64,000 nt of DNA from Octopus sinensis (GCF_006345805.1 NC_043000.1:110360001-110424000), one strand, 5' to 3'; shown: positions 1 to 14,757, numbered from the stretch's first letter. The notes: generated from the sequence alone by a model not told the origin. Numbers and translations: made by a program.

Positions 1-282
1 AACAACAACACCATTCTGCAGATAGGTGTGGGGGAAGGGGGGGAACTAACCGTAACTGAATGGCATATCTTTTATTATTAGTCTTGCGATGGCTGACTGC
101 CAGAATGTCTTGATTGAAAGCCAATAGTTAAGGAATTCACAGTTACAATTGTATTAAGTAGTATTATTTTCATTGGTGGTGGTCTTTAGGTGGAAGTCTT
201 TACTTAAACACTCTTACCAGAGAAAAAATTGAGCGTTGGGGTAAACACTGTGTAAAACAGAATTCGTTGGCTTTACACATAC

Positions 283-283
283 G

Positions 284-343
<60 letters not shown>

Positions 344-415
344 CACATATATATACACACACACACATATATATATGCACACACATATATATATATATAA
401 TACACACACACACAC
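283..415. repeat. Compound (CA)n/(TA)n microsatellite
   Basis: Read directly; explains the overlapping ORFs at 200-461. Confidence 0.95.
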
Positions 416-1037
416 TGCTAAGTCTTCTATGTTTAAATTATATACAATTATTACTAGTTAGTACTATTACATCAACACACACACATGTAGTATACGAGTA
501 TATATAGATACACACACACATACACACAAGTACATACAACGCCGTCACCACCACCATTTATGTCCCAAGTTCAATTCCTATCCAAAGCCAACTTTTGGAT
601 TTCATACTTCTCCAAAAATCATTGAGAACAGTCAATAACAGCTAGACATCAATTAGCAACAATGTTAAGTCGTTAGACATTAGCAACGTCACTATTAGCT
701 CGCAACATTTTGTAATAAAGGCCGAAAGACTATGTTGTTAGCAACATAGTTTGTCTCGTTTGATGGTAACACTCAGTCAACACAACCATTTGCAACAGTC
801 TAAAACGCTAGATATTGTTCGCAACAATCAACAAACACCATGTACAATCCAAATTGCAATCATAGCAGAGTAGTTAAAAAGTTCAATTCACAATCATAAG
901 AGACAGGGTTCGATATCAAGGTGTGATGGTTCAAACACACACATACAAACAATAGACACACACACAAGCACATAAACATACACACAAACATATACAAAGT
1001 GATAGCAAACAATGAAAATTTATTTTTTCAACTATAA

Positions 1038-1068
<31 letters not shown>

Positions 1069-1084
1069 ATATGCACATACATAC

Positions 1085-1385
1085 TGTTGATTTGTTTCAA
1101 TTATTGAATTGCAGTCATGCTGAGGCACCGCCTTGAAGAATTTTATTCGAATAAATCGATCCCAGTTTGAAATTTGGTACTTATTCTATCGGAAATTATT
1201 ACCGACCTGTTAAGAGGGTGGGGTGTGAACAAAACATCGGTCAAGCTGTGGCACGAAGACACACGACCAGCTACTGTGCAGTTTCTGTTGACCAAATTTA
1301 CCCACAGGCACTGGTCAGCCCGGGGCTATTAGTGGAAGACACCTGTACCTCGCAGTGGGACTGAACCCAAAACCATGTGGTTAGC
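1085..1385 (-). mobile_element. SINE family B, diverged copy
   Basis: Similar to younger copies at 5514-5905 and 32040-32399 (CATGCTGAGGCACCGCC, GGTACTTATTCTATCGG, CAGTGGGACTGAACCC). Confidence 0.6.
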
Positions 1386-2564
1386 TTGTTAATCAGACAC
1401 GTGCGCCTTTATTTGTCCCAGCCACACTACTTGACAATCGGAATTAATCTATTTACATCTACGTGACTTAGCGATTCGGTAAACAAAATCGGCAGAATAA
1501 GAGCCAGATTTTTATTTTTAAAGTAAGTACTGGAGGCGATTTGACTAAAATCCCCCCTAAAGTGATGTCCAATCAAGGCCGCAGTCCAATGTTAAAAAGA
1601 ATAAAATAACAAAGCAGGGCTCGAACGATCTGAAACTCTTTAAGGAATTTCTTTCCCCTCTAAACTTTATTTTACATTCCCGAAAACTTATCTCTGCAGA
1701 GCTTCATTAAAAATAAGTATTTTTCAGAAAGTTATGAGGAAACAAAATCCGGTGGGGGGGGGGGCACTCATTCGCAAGAAACATGAAAATTAACGAACAG
1801 GAGAAAGCCGTTTATATATTTATATGGGACGAGAATCAGAGAATGGTCTCGATAAATAATTGGAACTAGTAAAGGTGATTGGAAATTATTCTTAGCAATG
1901 TTGAAGAATTTTAAAGCGAAAACGTATCAAAAACATAATTCTATCTTTCGTTCGTTCTTCTACCAAACAACAGATTAAAGCATCATCATCATGTATGTAT
2001 GTATGTATGTATGTAAGAATATTTGTATGTATGTATGTATGTATGTATGTATGTATGTATGCAAGTATGTATGTATGCAAGTATATATGTATACATACAT
2101 ACGCACACATACACAATCATACTCTCTCTCACACACGTACATGATGTTTGACTTTGTATTAAGTTATAACCCCCCCCCAAACCAATTGAATAATAAAACT
2201 AAAGCATTGCTCAATACTTGTTAATAGAGTACATGTCTAGAAAACTTTTACAACAGGGGTGATAGAGACTTCGAAGTTTCAAAATCACTCTCACCCTTTT
2301 TAATTGAAAAAGTTTAATAAACGCACACACAATTTGAAAGAAATGATTGTTCTTCTTGGGACATTTTTGGAAATTAGAATTTGAAATGAGGGATGTATGT
2401 TACAGTTGGCACGCAAAGCTGAAATGGTACAAATAAACGCCATAGATTATCATTATCATCATCATCAGTTGCTATATATTATCATAACTGTTATAATTAT
2501 TCATCACACACACACACACACGAAATAGTACATAACATCACATTATCATACGTTATATACATAT

Positions 2565-2645
<81 letters not shown>

Positions 2646-3052
2646 TATACACACACACAGAGAGATACCTGGTACCGTATACACAAGCACAGCAACAAAA
2701 CAATGAACTTACGGAACAGCAAAACGAGAGTCAGGCATAAAGAGATATCAGAGTAAAGTTTTCTCGCTTGCTTTACTTAATACAGTATCTTCTTCTTCTT
2801 CATCGCCATCATCACTACGGCAACCACTGAGCTATTTTAACACCGATGAATCACCATTAGCAGCAGTAAACGATACTAATAACATTAGTAGCAAACAGTA
2901 TATTTATTACTATATTACTAGTGCATGACCTGTTGGTTTATGCTTAGAATAAAGTATTATTATTACTTCGTGGGACTTGATGCAGTTTTAGATGTCGGAT
3001 GCAAATAAAAAAAAATTATATTATATCTATTATATATACTATATATTTACTC

Positions 3053-3346
3053 TAGCCTCAGGCCAACCAAAGCCTTGTGAGTGGATTTGGTAGACGGAAA
3101 CTGAAAGAAGCCCGTCATATATATGCATATATATATGTGTGTGTGTGTGTCTGTGTTTATCCCCCCAACATCGCTTGACAACCGATGCTGGTGTGTTTAC
3201 GTCTCCGTAACTTAGCGGTTCGGCAAAAAGAGACAGATAGAATAAGTACTAGGCTTACAAAGAATAAGTCCTGGGGTCGACTTGCTCGACTAAAGGCGGT
3301 GCTCCAGCATGGCCGCAGTCAAATGACTGAAACAAGTAAAAGAGTA
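3053..3346 (+). mobile_element. SINE family B, 5'-truncated
   Basis: GCCTTGTGAGTGGATTTGGTAGACGGAAACTGAAAGAAGCCC, a (TA)/(TG) linker, then tail GGCCGCAGTCAAATGACTGAAACAAGTAAAAGAGTA; reverse complement of the 5514 and 32040 copies. Confidence 0.85.
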
Positions 3347-3861
3347 TACGAATAAAAGGACAGAGATAAATAAGATAGACAAATAAATGGATGAAAAAGT
3401 TCAAAATTTAAAATTGGGGGAGGGGTGAAATTTGAGCCCCTTATTAAACTTTATAACACTAATTATTAAATATTAATGTTTGTTTTTCATAAACTGGTGT
3501 ATATTTAATTTATATTATATTATTAAGGCAAACACAAATAAAAGGCAAATTCTTTTCACTTGAATGTGTTTTTGTCTGTATTTAATTTCGATTTGCATAT
3601 GCTCATCAATCCGCTCCGATCTCTTTCAATTGAACAAAATAAAAATTTTTAATTGGGGGCGGGAAAGAGGTGGGTGGGCGGGGGAAATTAAAGCAATTTT
3701 TTAAATGCATGTTCGTAATTTCCGACATTTAAAACGTAGGAATCCGGAAAAACTTTTTAAAAAAAAAGCCCTTTTCAAAGAAAGGTGCGAAACTGCATTG
3801 GTCCCAACTTCTTCGCTTCACTGAAATAGATCCAACATAGATGTTCCCGAATATTTGGTTA

Positions 3862-4171
3862 TTCTTTTACTCGTTTCAGTCATTTGACTGCGGCCATGCT
3901 GGAGCACCGCCTTTAGTCGAACAAATTCTTTGTAAGCCTGGTACTTATTCTATTGGTCTGTTTTGCCGAACTGCTAAGTTACGGGAGACGTAAACACACC
4001 AGCATCGGTTGTCAAGCGAAGCCGGGGGGACAAACACAGACACACACATATACGGCGGGCTTCTTTCTTGGCCCGGGGCTATGATAGAAGGTACTTGCCT
4101 AAAGAATCACACGGTGGGATTGAACCCATAAACAAATAGTTGAGAAAAAGTGAATGCCACAGCCACGTCTG
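3862..4171 (-). mobile_element. SINE family B with internal deletions
   Basis: Same tail and body as 3053-3346 in opposite orientation; diverged tRNA-like head at the right end. Confidence 0.8.
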
Positions 4172-4499
4172 AGAAAAACTAAACAAGACGGTCATGGTCG
4201 GAAGGCTTTGATCACAAGCCTGTCTACTCAATCACAGCCGACCCCGGGCTAAACAGCAGCAGTAGCAGTAGTAGTATTTAAGTGCAACAGTTGATAGACG
4301 GGTTAAAAGGAATGTTTAGCTGGAATGGGGCCAAACTTTACAAAAAAGTTGGTCCGTCGTCGTGGCTTGTCGGTCATCATCAGTCAGTCAGCAGACGACG
4401 ACATTGGGGGGCTGTTTGTTTGGTTTTTACTTTTTTTTTCACACTGAATGAGAAGAAGGAAATGGCGACCAAAATATGTTGTGAATGGAATGTGGAAAT

Positions 4500-4619
4500 G
4501 GAGAGGCATAGAAAGACAAATATAGATAGAGAGAGGGAGGGGAGAGAGAGAAACAGATAGATACGCAGAGGGAGAAAGAGAGAGAGAGAAAGAAAGATAG
4601 AAAAATAGATAGATATGCA

Positions 4620-4659
<40 letters not shown>

Positions 4660-5128
4660 AGATAGAAAAACAGATAGATACGCAGAGGGAGAGAAAGATA
4701 GAAAAACAGATAGATACGCAGAGGGAGAGAAAAAGAGATAGATAGAAAAACAGATAGATACGCAGAGCGAGAGAGAGAGAGAGAAGAAAGATAGAAAAAC
4801 AGATAGATACGCAGAGGGAGAGAAAGATAGAAAAACAGATAGATACGCAGAGGGAGAGAAAAAGAGATAGATAGAAAAAACAGATAGATACGCAGAGCGA
4901 GAGAGAGAGAGAAAGAAAGATAGAAAAGCAGATAGATACGCAGAGGGAGAGAAAGATAGATAGAAAAGCAGAGGGAGAAAGAGAGAGAGAGAGAGAGTGA
5001 ATGGAATGTATAGAGATAGACGGATAGAGAGGGAGAGAAAGACAAAGATAGAAAAATGGAAAGAAGGAGATAGATAGAAAAGGGAGAGAAAGAAAGAAAG
5101 AGATAAAGTGAATAGAACGTAGAAATAT

Positions 5129-5170
<42 letters not shown>
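4500..5170. repeat. Purine-rich GA/GATA minisatellite with higher-order structure
   Basis: Motif CAGATAGATACGCAGAG starts at 4671, 4707, 4751, 4800, 4836, 4881 and 4929; flanked by (GA)n. Confidence 0.9.
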
Positions 5171-5174
<4 letters not shown>

Positions 5175-5513
5175 TGGAATGTCGAAATAGAGACAGATTG
5201 ACCTTGTAGACTGTTATCAAAGCAACGACGACCATGACAACAAGCCAACGCGGGAGACATTACGTGGTCGATCTTTTAGTTAGAAATAGCAACTAAATAT
5301 TCTCACTGTCATAAAAAAAAAATATTGAAGGACACATTGAATAATGTAGTGGGGGAGTACATTAAGCTATAGAATATATAGAAGATGGGATGGCCATGGT
5401 ATGAAATAACCGAATTTCCCCGAATCACTCTTGGATGTCTTAAAAGAACGGGATAACACTTTTTGATGGTGGATCTGACTGTTCAGGACAGACCCGGGGC
5501 TAAACAACAATAA

Positions 5514-5696
5514 TACTCTTTTACTTGTTTCAGTCATTTGACTGTGGCCATGCTGGAGCACCGCCTTTAGTCGAGCACATCCACCCCAGGACTTATTCTA
5601 TCGGTCGCTTTTGCCGAACCGCTAAGTTACGGGGGACATAAACACACCAGCATCGGTTGTCAAGCGATGTTGAGGGTGACAAACACAAACAGACCT

Positions 5697-5777
<81 letters not shown>

Positions 5778-5905
5778 GATGGGCTTCTTTCAGTTTCCGT
5801 CTACCAAATCCACTCACAAGGCTTTGGTCGGCCCGAGGCTACAGTAGAAGACACTTGCCCAAGGTGCCACGTAGTGGGACTGAACCCGGAACCATCTGGT
5901 TGGTA
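5514..5905 (-). mobile_element. SINE family B, near full length
   Basis: Tail TACTCTTTTACTTGTTTCAGTC, (CA)/(TA) linker, CCCAAGGTGCCACG core, and B-box-like GGTTCAGTCCC on the minus strand. Confidence 0.85.
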
Positions 5906-8756
5906 AAAAAAAAAAAAAAGGATCAGAAATTTGTGGGGAAGCAACATCGATTCTAGTATTTAACTGGTACTATATCGACCCAGGAAAGGCACAGTTGATT
6001 TCGTTAGGAATCGGAACTGAAAACCTAAGGAACCGGAACAAATGCTGCATGACATTTTTTTGTTATTATTATCATTATCATTATTGTTATTATTATTATT
6101 TTGTCCCAATTCCATTTAGCAATAATAAAAGCAGACAACTTTCCCCGAACTTCTGTGAAGAGTGGAGGGGGTGGGGTTATAAGAATTCAAGTCGGTAATA
6201 AAGGAATGTCAGTTTAGTCGTTCGTACACCCCTATCACTTTTCAGCTATTTTATTTCCATGAAAAAAAAAAAAAAAGCACGTCCATACATCATACCAGGC
6301 GCCCTGTTTCTCTATAATATCTCTACGTAACTAATACACCTATGCCGCCAAACAGCAATTTCAAGCAATAAACTGCGCAAAAACTTGGGGAATTTCGTTT
6401 ATCAGGGTGGGTTGGTTGACTCGTCTACATATCTTATTACAACAGAGATCATTTTATATTCATTCTTTCGTAAATAAAGTACGTCTTTGAAAATAATCAC
6501 AAAAAACGTAATTCTTTAACTATTTGCTAATAACGTTTCTCATTATTAGAATAATTATTAGAGTGTAAATATAATTAAAATGTATATAATATAGTATAAT
6601 ACATACATACATGTATTTGTACAACGTTTCCTCCTTGGAAATCATCATTTAATTTGTTTAAAGATTGTTTTATTTATTCCAGGCCATTTGATGTATAATT
6701 AGAACACACACACATGTGCGTTTCTTTCTGTTGGTGCATGCGTGCGGTGCAGTATGGCCGAATGGTTAAGAAGTTCGCTTCGTAATCACGATGTCCTGGG
6801 TTCGATCTTGGGCAAATATAATATTTTTTATTTATATACAGCTGCAGATCAAGTCATACCTTGTTAGTGAAACCGAATGGACGGAAGCGATATAGAAGCC
6901 AATCAGGTATACTGTGATTAATTCAAAAGTCATAAGTTAGCCACACACAGTGACTTACACTGACTTTGCCCGAGAACACGTCTTTAGGAATACTCAACCA
7001 CTATAAACTAACTCGATCAAGTAATTGTATCCTTGTAGCCGAACGACGGAGATGCACCAAATATGTATGTGTGTACATTTAAATATAATCTGTAACATAT
7101 CGTAAATCAGAATTAATTTAAACATTACAAAGCCTCCCTGTAGATTAAATAAGAATGTAAACATTATATATTATAGATGTGCAGATAAACGGTTTTGTTG
7201 ACCGCTCCTCAGAAGTCGTACCCGACTTCCTTCCCCTATGATTCGGACATTGTTGCTCTCAATCATTTTAGTAAATAATGGATGAAAGGCAAAGTTGACC
7301 TCGGCGGGATTTGAACTCAGAACGTAAAGAGCAGGAAGAAGTACTGCAAAGTATTTTCCAATTCTTGTGACGAAATTGCATTATTTAGTAAATAATAAAA
7401 GTCTTTCAAATATGTAGCTGCATACAAATTGATACAGTTAAAATTTTAATGCACACATCCATTAATTATTCTGCCAGCTAAACGTTATGTCAGTGTTTCA
7501 TTGTAACGTTCATGCATTTCTCACGAATGAAAAGGAATGTTTTCAAGCGAGAATTAAAACCGAATGAACAAGTAGTGAGTTTATCTCCGTATTTAAGACA
7601 TGTCATAAATATTATGCTAAGAGGACAGAGATACATGTTTTTACTGTCGCTCCTAATTAATCTCAACGAAGCTCAGGTCAAACGGATTCAGACATTCAGT
7701 GAACAAGCAGTCTTTCGATTTTTCTAAAATACTTTCAACCACATTCAAATTTTCGCCAGATTTTTGTCAAATTTCCCACACAGATGTAAATTTGCTTGTT
7801 AATGACTTCTGGTATGTCGGCAATGGAAGTTTCCGGTTGCTTGTTACTTGTTACTTTTTTTTTTTTTTTTTTTTAATTTCTAAAAGAAAATGAACGTGAT
7901 TTTCGTTACCAGCATACACACGTGTAGAATATTAAAAAAAAATCTGAAAATTTGAAATAATTCAAGTGGCTGGGAGAATTTTGAAAAGATCCGTGTTCTT
8001 CAATTTTTAAGATGGTAGCGTGTGATTTGAAGACAATTTTGTTATTTCCTGTAAGTCGAGTGGGTACGTAAAGGCTGAGTATTCCGCATCCACAAAAAAA
8101 AAAAAGAGAAAAAACTCAGAAAAAATAACCTACAGGAAAAGTTCAATAAATGACTTATTTTTATTTGTTTCATTTAAGATACAGAATAAAACGTTTATAT
8201 TTTTACATAAGTGTTATATAATGATATAAACTGTATTACTAATGTGTACCAACTATGTATTATCAGTTAATAAGCAACTTAAATAATGTCCGTTTAATCA
8301 TTGTGTCAATTATTTATGGTATTTAAAAGATATCACATTTTTTGTGATTTTCCCCGCTTGTCCAAAAATGGTGACTTTAAATTTCTGACACATTTTTCTC
8401 TGACTATTTCCGTTCACCGTGTAATATATACAGCTTCTGTATTTATTACACTCCTTCCTACACGATGTCCTATCTAGTTCTGGTTTTCGGCATAATTTAT
8501 AAGCACAGTTATAACTGTCATTTAGTCAAACACATGTTATTTATTTTATAAAATGGTGTTTATTTTATAAAATTAGGTCCAATGCTATTATATAATACTT
8601 ATTCAAGCTCATCCCATTTCAGTCATTATTGTACAGAGCCGATAATTAGTTACATTAATAGACACAAATTTACAACCGCCAACATCAATTACTCAACATT
8701 CTAAATATATATTCGTCTTATCTTAAGTGAAACGCCTTTGATTTAATATATATATA

Positions 8757-8885
8757 TGAATTTTTTGGGTAATGAGATAAAAAAAAACCAAGGCTGTATA
8801 GATATTAGAGCATCTACAGATATCTATAAATGCTCTAATATCTATACAGCCTTGTTTTTTTTTATCTCATTACCCCAAAAATTCA
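8757..8885. mobile_element. Palindromic AT-rich MITE-like element inside (TA)n
   Basis: Arms 8757-8813 and 8830-8885 are reverse complements (1 mismatch, 1 indel); centre AGATATCT; termini TG..CA with TA on both sides. Confidence 0.8.
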
Positions 8886-9020
8886 TATATACACACGCTG
8901 ACATAGAACCAACGTTGAACCCTTTATCCGCAATATTACCGACTCTGGAACTTAACTATGGTCTGTCTATAGCACTTATTCAGCATTACCTGACACCTTT
9001 GGGTCTCAATGACACCATTA

Positions 9021-9055
<35 letters not shown>

Positions 9056-9489
9056 TATATAGAGAGGGGGTTAGATAAATTCGTTCGCTCCTCGTATCTC
9101 TGTGTTTCATTAAGACCGACTCATGACTGAACAACCTCAATGACAATAATTCACTTGAATATAAACGGGACCAACTCGTACAGCCTCCGTCGATCAATGT
9201 CGATCCAAACATAATTTTTCGAAGAGAAAGGCCTCTATTTTGCACTGATCAAAGCTGTTTGAATCTTTATAGTACCAGATACTGCAGGGCATCTCATCCG
9301 ACCCTGTAGCAGTTGTTAGGTCAATCTACCAAAGACGTTGTTGAGGTTGGCGGGATTTGAACGCAGAGAGTTCGAATAACGCGAAGTCATTCTATTTAAC
9401 GCTGTGACCGACTCTGCCAATTCGCTACCCAGGGCCACACGCGTCATAAACTGGACATTCTACATCAGGTAAACCATATGTAGATCTTT

Positions 9490-9747
9490 CATAAGCCCTA
9501 GGGACTCCTAAGGCCGGAGCTTAACAGGGCGTCGTCCATAGTATAACAATCCATCCCCACTCCAGGACGTCAGTCCATCGCTGGGTCAACTTCTCCCGAC
9601 TATTGCTGGAACTCATTTTGCAGCGGAATGGATTGGAGCAGCGTAAAATGAAGTATTTTGCTCAAGATCACAACGCACCGCCCGGTCGGGGAATCGAACC
9701 AAGGATCTTGAATGCAACACCCTAATCACTAGACCACGTGACCTCAC
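9490..9747 (-). mobile_element. SINE family C
   Basis: Minus strand reads TGGTCTAGTGATTAGGGTG...GGTTCGATTCCC...GCGTTGTGATCTTGAGCAA...GCGATGGACTG, matching the 41441-41690 copy. Confidence 0.7.
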
Positions 9748-10580
9748 AAGTAAAGCATATATTCGAGTGAAAGAAACCATTCCATAGCTAAAGAATTTCA
9801 AGAAAAGACAGAATCAGTTAATGCAAGCACAGCCGTATGGTTAAAAAGCTTGAATCGCAATCCCTGTGGTCGTAAGGACAAAAGCTTTGTGAGCAAAATT
9901 TGGTAAATGGAAAGTCTGTGATAGTCTGTAGCATGCGCGCGTGATCATCAGTGTCAAATTTTATAACATCGCCGTAACTTAGTCATTCACAAATAGAAAT
10001 CGATAAAGGACGTACCAAACTAAAACAAATTATTAAGGTGAACATCTTTGACTGAAACCAATAAGAGAAATCACTTGTCCGTATATAGTAGTTATTGGTT
10101 AGCCTCCAACCAAAGCGCCACGACCACTTTTTTATCAACGTTCCTCTCTCAAACGAAGATGAAGGCCGAAAGCGGTCAATGACCTCGTCGAATTCCTATG
10201 AACTAATTATCGACTAATTTCCTTGTTTCCTTAAATCCTGGAAGAATACCGCTGCTTATTTCACCGAACTTAGAAAAGGCAAAAACAAGGTTAGTTTCGG
10301 TGGACTGTGAACCTTGAAGAATCGGGTACCAAAGTTATGGTGAGTAATACGCAGTTCTCTCACCCAGCCTGTCTCTCGCCCCCTGTCTGGAATTGGATAG
10401 AACCAACAGAAAGTTTTACAGAAACGTTTATATTTCAGGCGTGAAGGCCAATCCTCAGATGGAAACAATCCAATAAGTGTTTAGTTAAACTTTCTGCATT
10501 GTTAGAAGCTTTCTTCATTTTCCTTTTTTTTTCTACTCCTATACTACAATGCTTCAAGCAAACTACAATGCTCTCCCTTC

Positions 10581-10612
<32 letters not shown>

Positions 10613-10806
10613 AATTATTAATCAGCAGAAACTAGAGGGTGACTTAAGGGCCGTAAGTTCCGTGTGTTGGCATTTTTGATAAGTGCAAACACGAATCTCG
10701 ACCATCGAGTCACTGTAACTTCTGTCGATTATTGATAAAAACAAACAAAATAAAACGTATATATACTCATGTTTTGAGTTTCATTTTACCGTTTGCATCA
10801 CCAAAT

Positions 10807-10840
<34 letters not shown>

Positions 10841-11555
10841 TATAAAAAAATACTGAACATCTTCATCGAAGCACAAAGTTTTCAGTTTAATCGTAATGAT
10901 ATAATCAAAGGCACTTGATCCAACGAAAGGAAAACAAATGTTATAATTAAATTTAGTAGAACATGAAGGAATGTGTCCACTTTAAAAGACACGGACAATA
11001 AGTTCCATAGAATGAGAAAACAGAATTACAATTACATTTATTTAGAGAGTGGTAGCCGTCATCAAGCCAGGTAAAAATAGTGTTGTCATACTATATATAA
11101 TACCTGTTCGAGAGCAGAGAAAGTTATTTTGGCGCTCGTTGAGCACAAAGGCAGAAAAAGCTATTTACATATTTCAGCTTATAAATAATTCAAACTATGG
11201 TCTATAAATACAGTTATTTACACGCTTTATGGAGCATTTAAAGTTGGTGTTTCATTGTTTTAGGTTCAGACTGTTGAAAGTGACTCGGTCTTTCACTTGG
11301 CCTTATTGCCATAGCGGCGCCCTTTTGGAGGCATTAGGTTCATAAGTGAGCGCTATGAGAGGAGAGATCGTGATTTTTATTGTTCGTTAGAAGTAAAACA
11401 TTTAAACCAGGTATTTACTCCAAGTTGTACCTCGGATCTTTACGTTAAATCTTGGTACAATTTCCTTTCTTTTCATAATTTAAGCTTCGTCCCTTGTATA
11501 TATCACACTAGTGTTTTCCAGTTAAAATCAAGTACAAAATAGTGCAATTTACAAT

Positions 11556-11751
11556 AAGGCGGCGAGCTGGCAGAAACGTTAGTTCTGTCTTTACGTTCTG
11601 AGTTCAAATTTCGCCGAGGTTGACTTAGCCTTTCATCCTTTCGGGGTCGATTTAATAAGTACCAGTTACGCATTGGGGTCGATGTAATCGATTTAATCCC
11701 TTTGTCCTTGTTTGTTCCCTCTATGTTTAGCCCCCTGTGGGCAATAAGATT
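11556..11751 (+). mobile_element. SINE family A with 19-bp TSD and a deletion in the head
   Basis: AAAATAGTGCAATTTACAA at 11536-11554 and 11752-11770; head AAGGCGGCGAGCTGGCAGAAACG; B box GAGTTCAAAT. Confidence 0.9.
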
Positions 11752-12479
11752 AAAATAGTGCAATTTACAAACGAGTAAAAGTATGGTAATATTTTAAGTA
11801 TATTTAACAAATAAATCTTTATTGGATTAGAATGAATTGGACATCATGTTATCAATGGTTAGAAACATGATCGTGCTAAGGTTTAATACAGTTTTAAGAC
11901 ATAAAGTTCTTGTCTTCTGTAAGTAATTTCAACACAAAGGCCTCTAACCCACACAAATATTTAAGAAATAGCACATGCTGGGTAAGAGAGTATTTGAACA
12001 TGAGTAATAAAAGTTTTTCTCTTTTTTTTTTCTGTGAAACAAGAGGAAGGGCAATTGTAAAACGCGATTCAATGACGTGACGGAGGAATTCAAGGCAACA
12101 ACGAACGGTATCCGTTGGTTACAAAAAAATATTCTAAACCACGAAAAATTATCAAGCAATTAAGTTAATTTGTTCAATAAATGAAACAGGAATTGGGATG
12201 TTTTTATTATGGCGGTGTTTTCTGTATTTGAACATATTTGAGATCATAAACATATCGAATATACCTAGGTATAAGGAAGAAGAGCATTAAGTCCTTGTGT
12301 GCCGTAACAGGCGAACTGGAAAGGGCTGCCGTGATCAACGACACCCGACTGTGAATGAAACACTACTAGCGTGGAAAAGTGAGCATAAAAACTACTACTA
12401 TTATGATGATGGTGATGGTGATGATGGTGATGATCCTCGTCTCATCTTCAATTTCTGTTTTTCATTTAAAAAATATTTT

Positions 12480-12740
12480 TTACTAGTTCCAGTCATTGGA
12501 CCGCGGCCATGATGGGGCATCGCCTTGGAAGTTTTACTAGAATAAATTCAACTCCAGTATTTATGATTTTTTTTCAAAAAGCCTGGTACTTATTCTGTCG
12601 GTCTCTTTTTCTTAACCGCTATGCTACGGGGACGTAAACAAACTAACGCCGGTTAAGTGGTGGTGGTGGACGAACACACACACGATGGGCTTCCATACAG
12701 TTTCCGTCAATCAGATTCACTTGTAAAGCATTGGTCGATG
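12480..12740 (-). mobile_element. SINE family B, diverged
   Basis: CAGTCATTGGACCGCGGCCATG, GCCTGGTACTTATTC and CAGTTTCCGTC blocks shared with other B copies. Confidence 0.6.
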
Positions 12741-13734
12741 TGGTTTATCTAATTTCCGATCATATCGAATAATCATTTTAGCAAGTTTAAAGTGACCACT
12801 TTAGTGTCGTAAATCATTAACCATATCTCTGGTCGCCCCCCCCCCCTCTTTTCCCTCGATACCCTAAGCACATACTTATTTTGCTTAATTGCTAATCCAG
12901 TGCTCCTTTGGCCAGTCACTCCTGCTGCATCAAAACTACCCTACCTGTCGTCTGGCACATAAAAATCTAAAGTCTCTAACCCCGACAAATCTAACACCAC
13001 TGTCCCCACATTAAATCTATTCTACAAGTTAACAGGTCGGGACACTCTATTAATGGACAACATTTTCGTGCATAACCACTTTTCCTCTATTTTTAAACAG
13101 TCATAGGCAATATGCGACCCACATGACTTCCTCAATGAGAAGCCAAATGAAAAATCGCCTTGAATTATTTTTAAAAAATGAGGTCCGTCATATAATGAAC
13201 CAAGACTCATGCGCCCCGCTTCTAGAAAAAAGGTTGGTCAGGCCTGATTAAAGACAAAACATCACGAGTGTGTGTGTGTAGAGGCAGGTAAGGCTTGTAT
13301 AACTAACAAGTTCATTTTACAACCACGTGGTCTCCTGACACCTTAAGCAAGAGTTTTTTTTCTCTATCATAGCTTCGGATCGATCAATGCCCCTGCAAGA
13401 GAAATTGGATCTAGCTCAACAGTTCAGTTAACTCATCTGATCTAGGTTCAACAATGATTTCAACTGGAACAAGTTGCTTATAGGAAAGAAGTTGGCGACA
13501 AGACAAATTCCGTTTGTCAGCAGTTTACCGATCATTTAACGTATCTATCATACCATCATCATACCGCCACCGCAGATGGGATTGGCAAAGAAGGTGGGTG
13601 GATAGTGACGAAATTATGGAAAATATTTGAATTATTCTCTGTCATTCACATATACATTCATATAATAAACATCCTGTTACATATAGTTCAAAGGCATATA
13701 TGAGTACGTATGCAAACATATTCTCACCCAATAT

Positions 13735-13738
13735 GTAC

Positions 13739-13834
<96 letters not shown>

Positions 13835-14638
13835 GTTTATATTGTTATATGTATAGATGTATATGTATATATGTATATGTATATATATATATGTATATAT
13901 ATATATGTATATGTATATAATGTATATTATATATATATATATATTATATATATATATATTATATATATATATGTAATATTATATATATATATTATATATA
14001 TATATGTATATATATATATATGTATATATATATCATGTAATTTATATATATATAGATGTATTATATATAATAATGTATATATATATATATATTATATATA
14101 TATATATATATATGTATAATATATATATATATGTGTATAATATATATATATATGTATATATATATAATATATGTATGTATATATATAATATATTATATAT
14201 ATATATAATATTAGATATGTAGATATATATATATGTATATATATGTAATATATATATATAAATATATATATATGTGTATATATATATATGTATGTATATA
14301 TATAAATATGTATATATAAATATGTATATATATATATATATATATGTGTGTATATATATAAATATGTATTATAAATATGTATATTATATATATATATATA
14401 CATATATACATACATATATACATATATATATATATACATAGATATATACATATATATATATACATATATACATACATATACATACATATATACATATATA
14501 TACATATATATATACATATATATACATATATACTTATATATATACATATATACATACATAATACATATATACAATATATATTACTATATATACATATATA
14601 CATATATATATTACATATATATATATACATTATTATAC

Positions 14639-14669
<31 letters not shown>

Positions 14670-14711
14670 CATAGACATATATATATAATATATATATTAT
14701 CTATATATATA

Positions 14712-14757
<46 letters not shown>

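Noticed and set aside
3655-3684. G-quadruplex-like run
   Set aside because: One loop is 8 nt and there is no functional context.
13098-13246. Further hAT-like MITE (CAGTCATAGGCAA...GGTTGGTCAGGCCTG)
   Set aside because: The ends are suggestive but no 8-bp TSD is recoverable.
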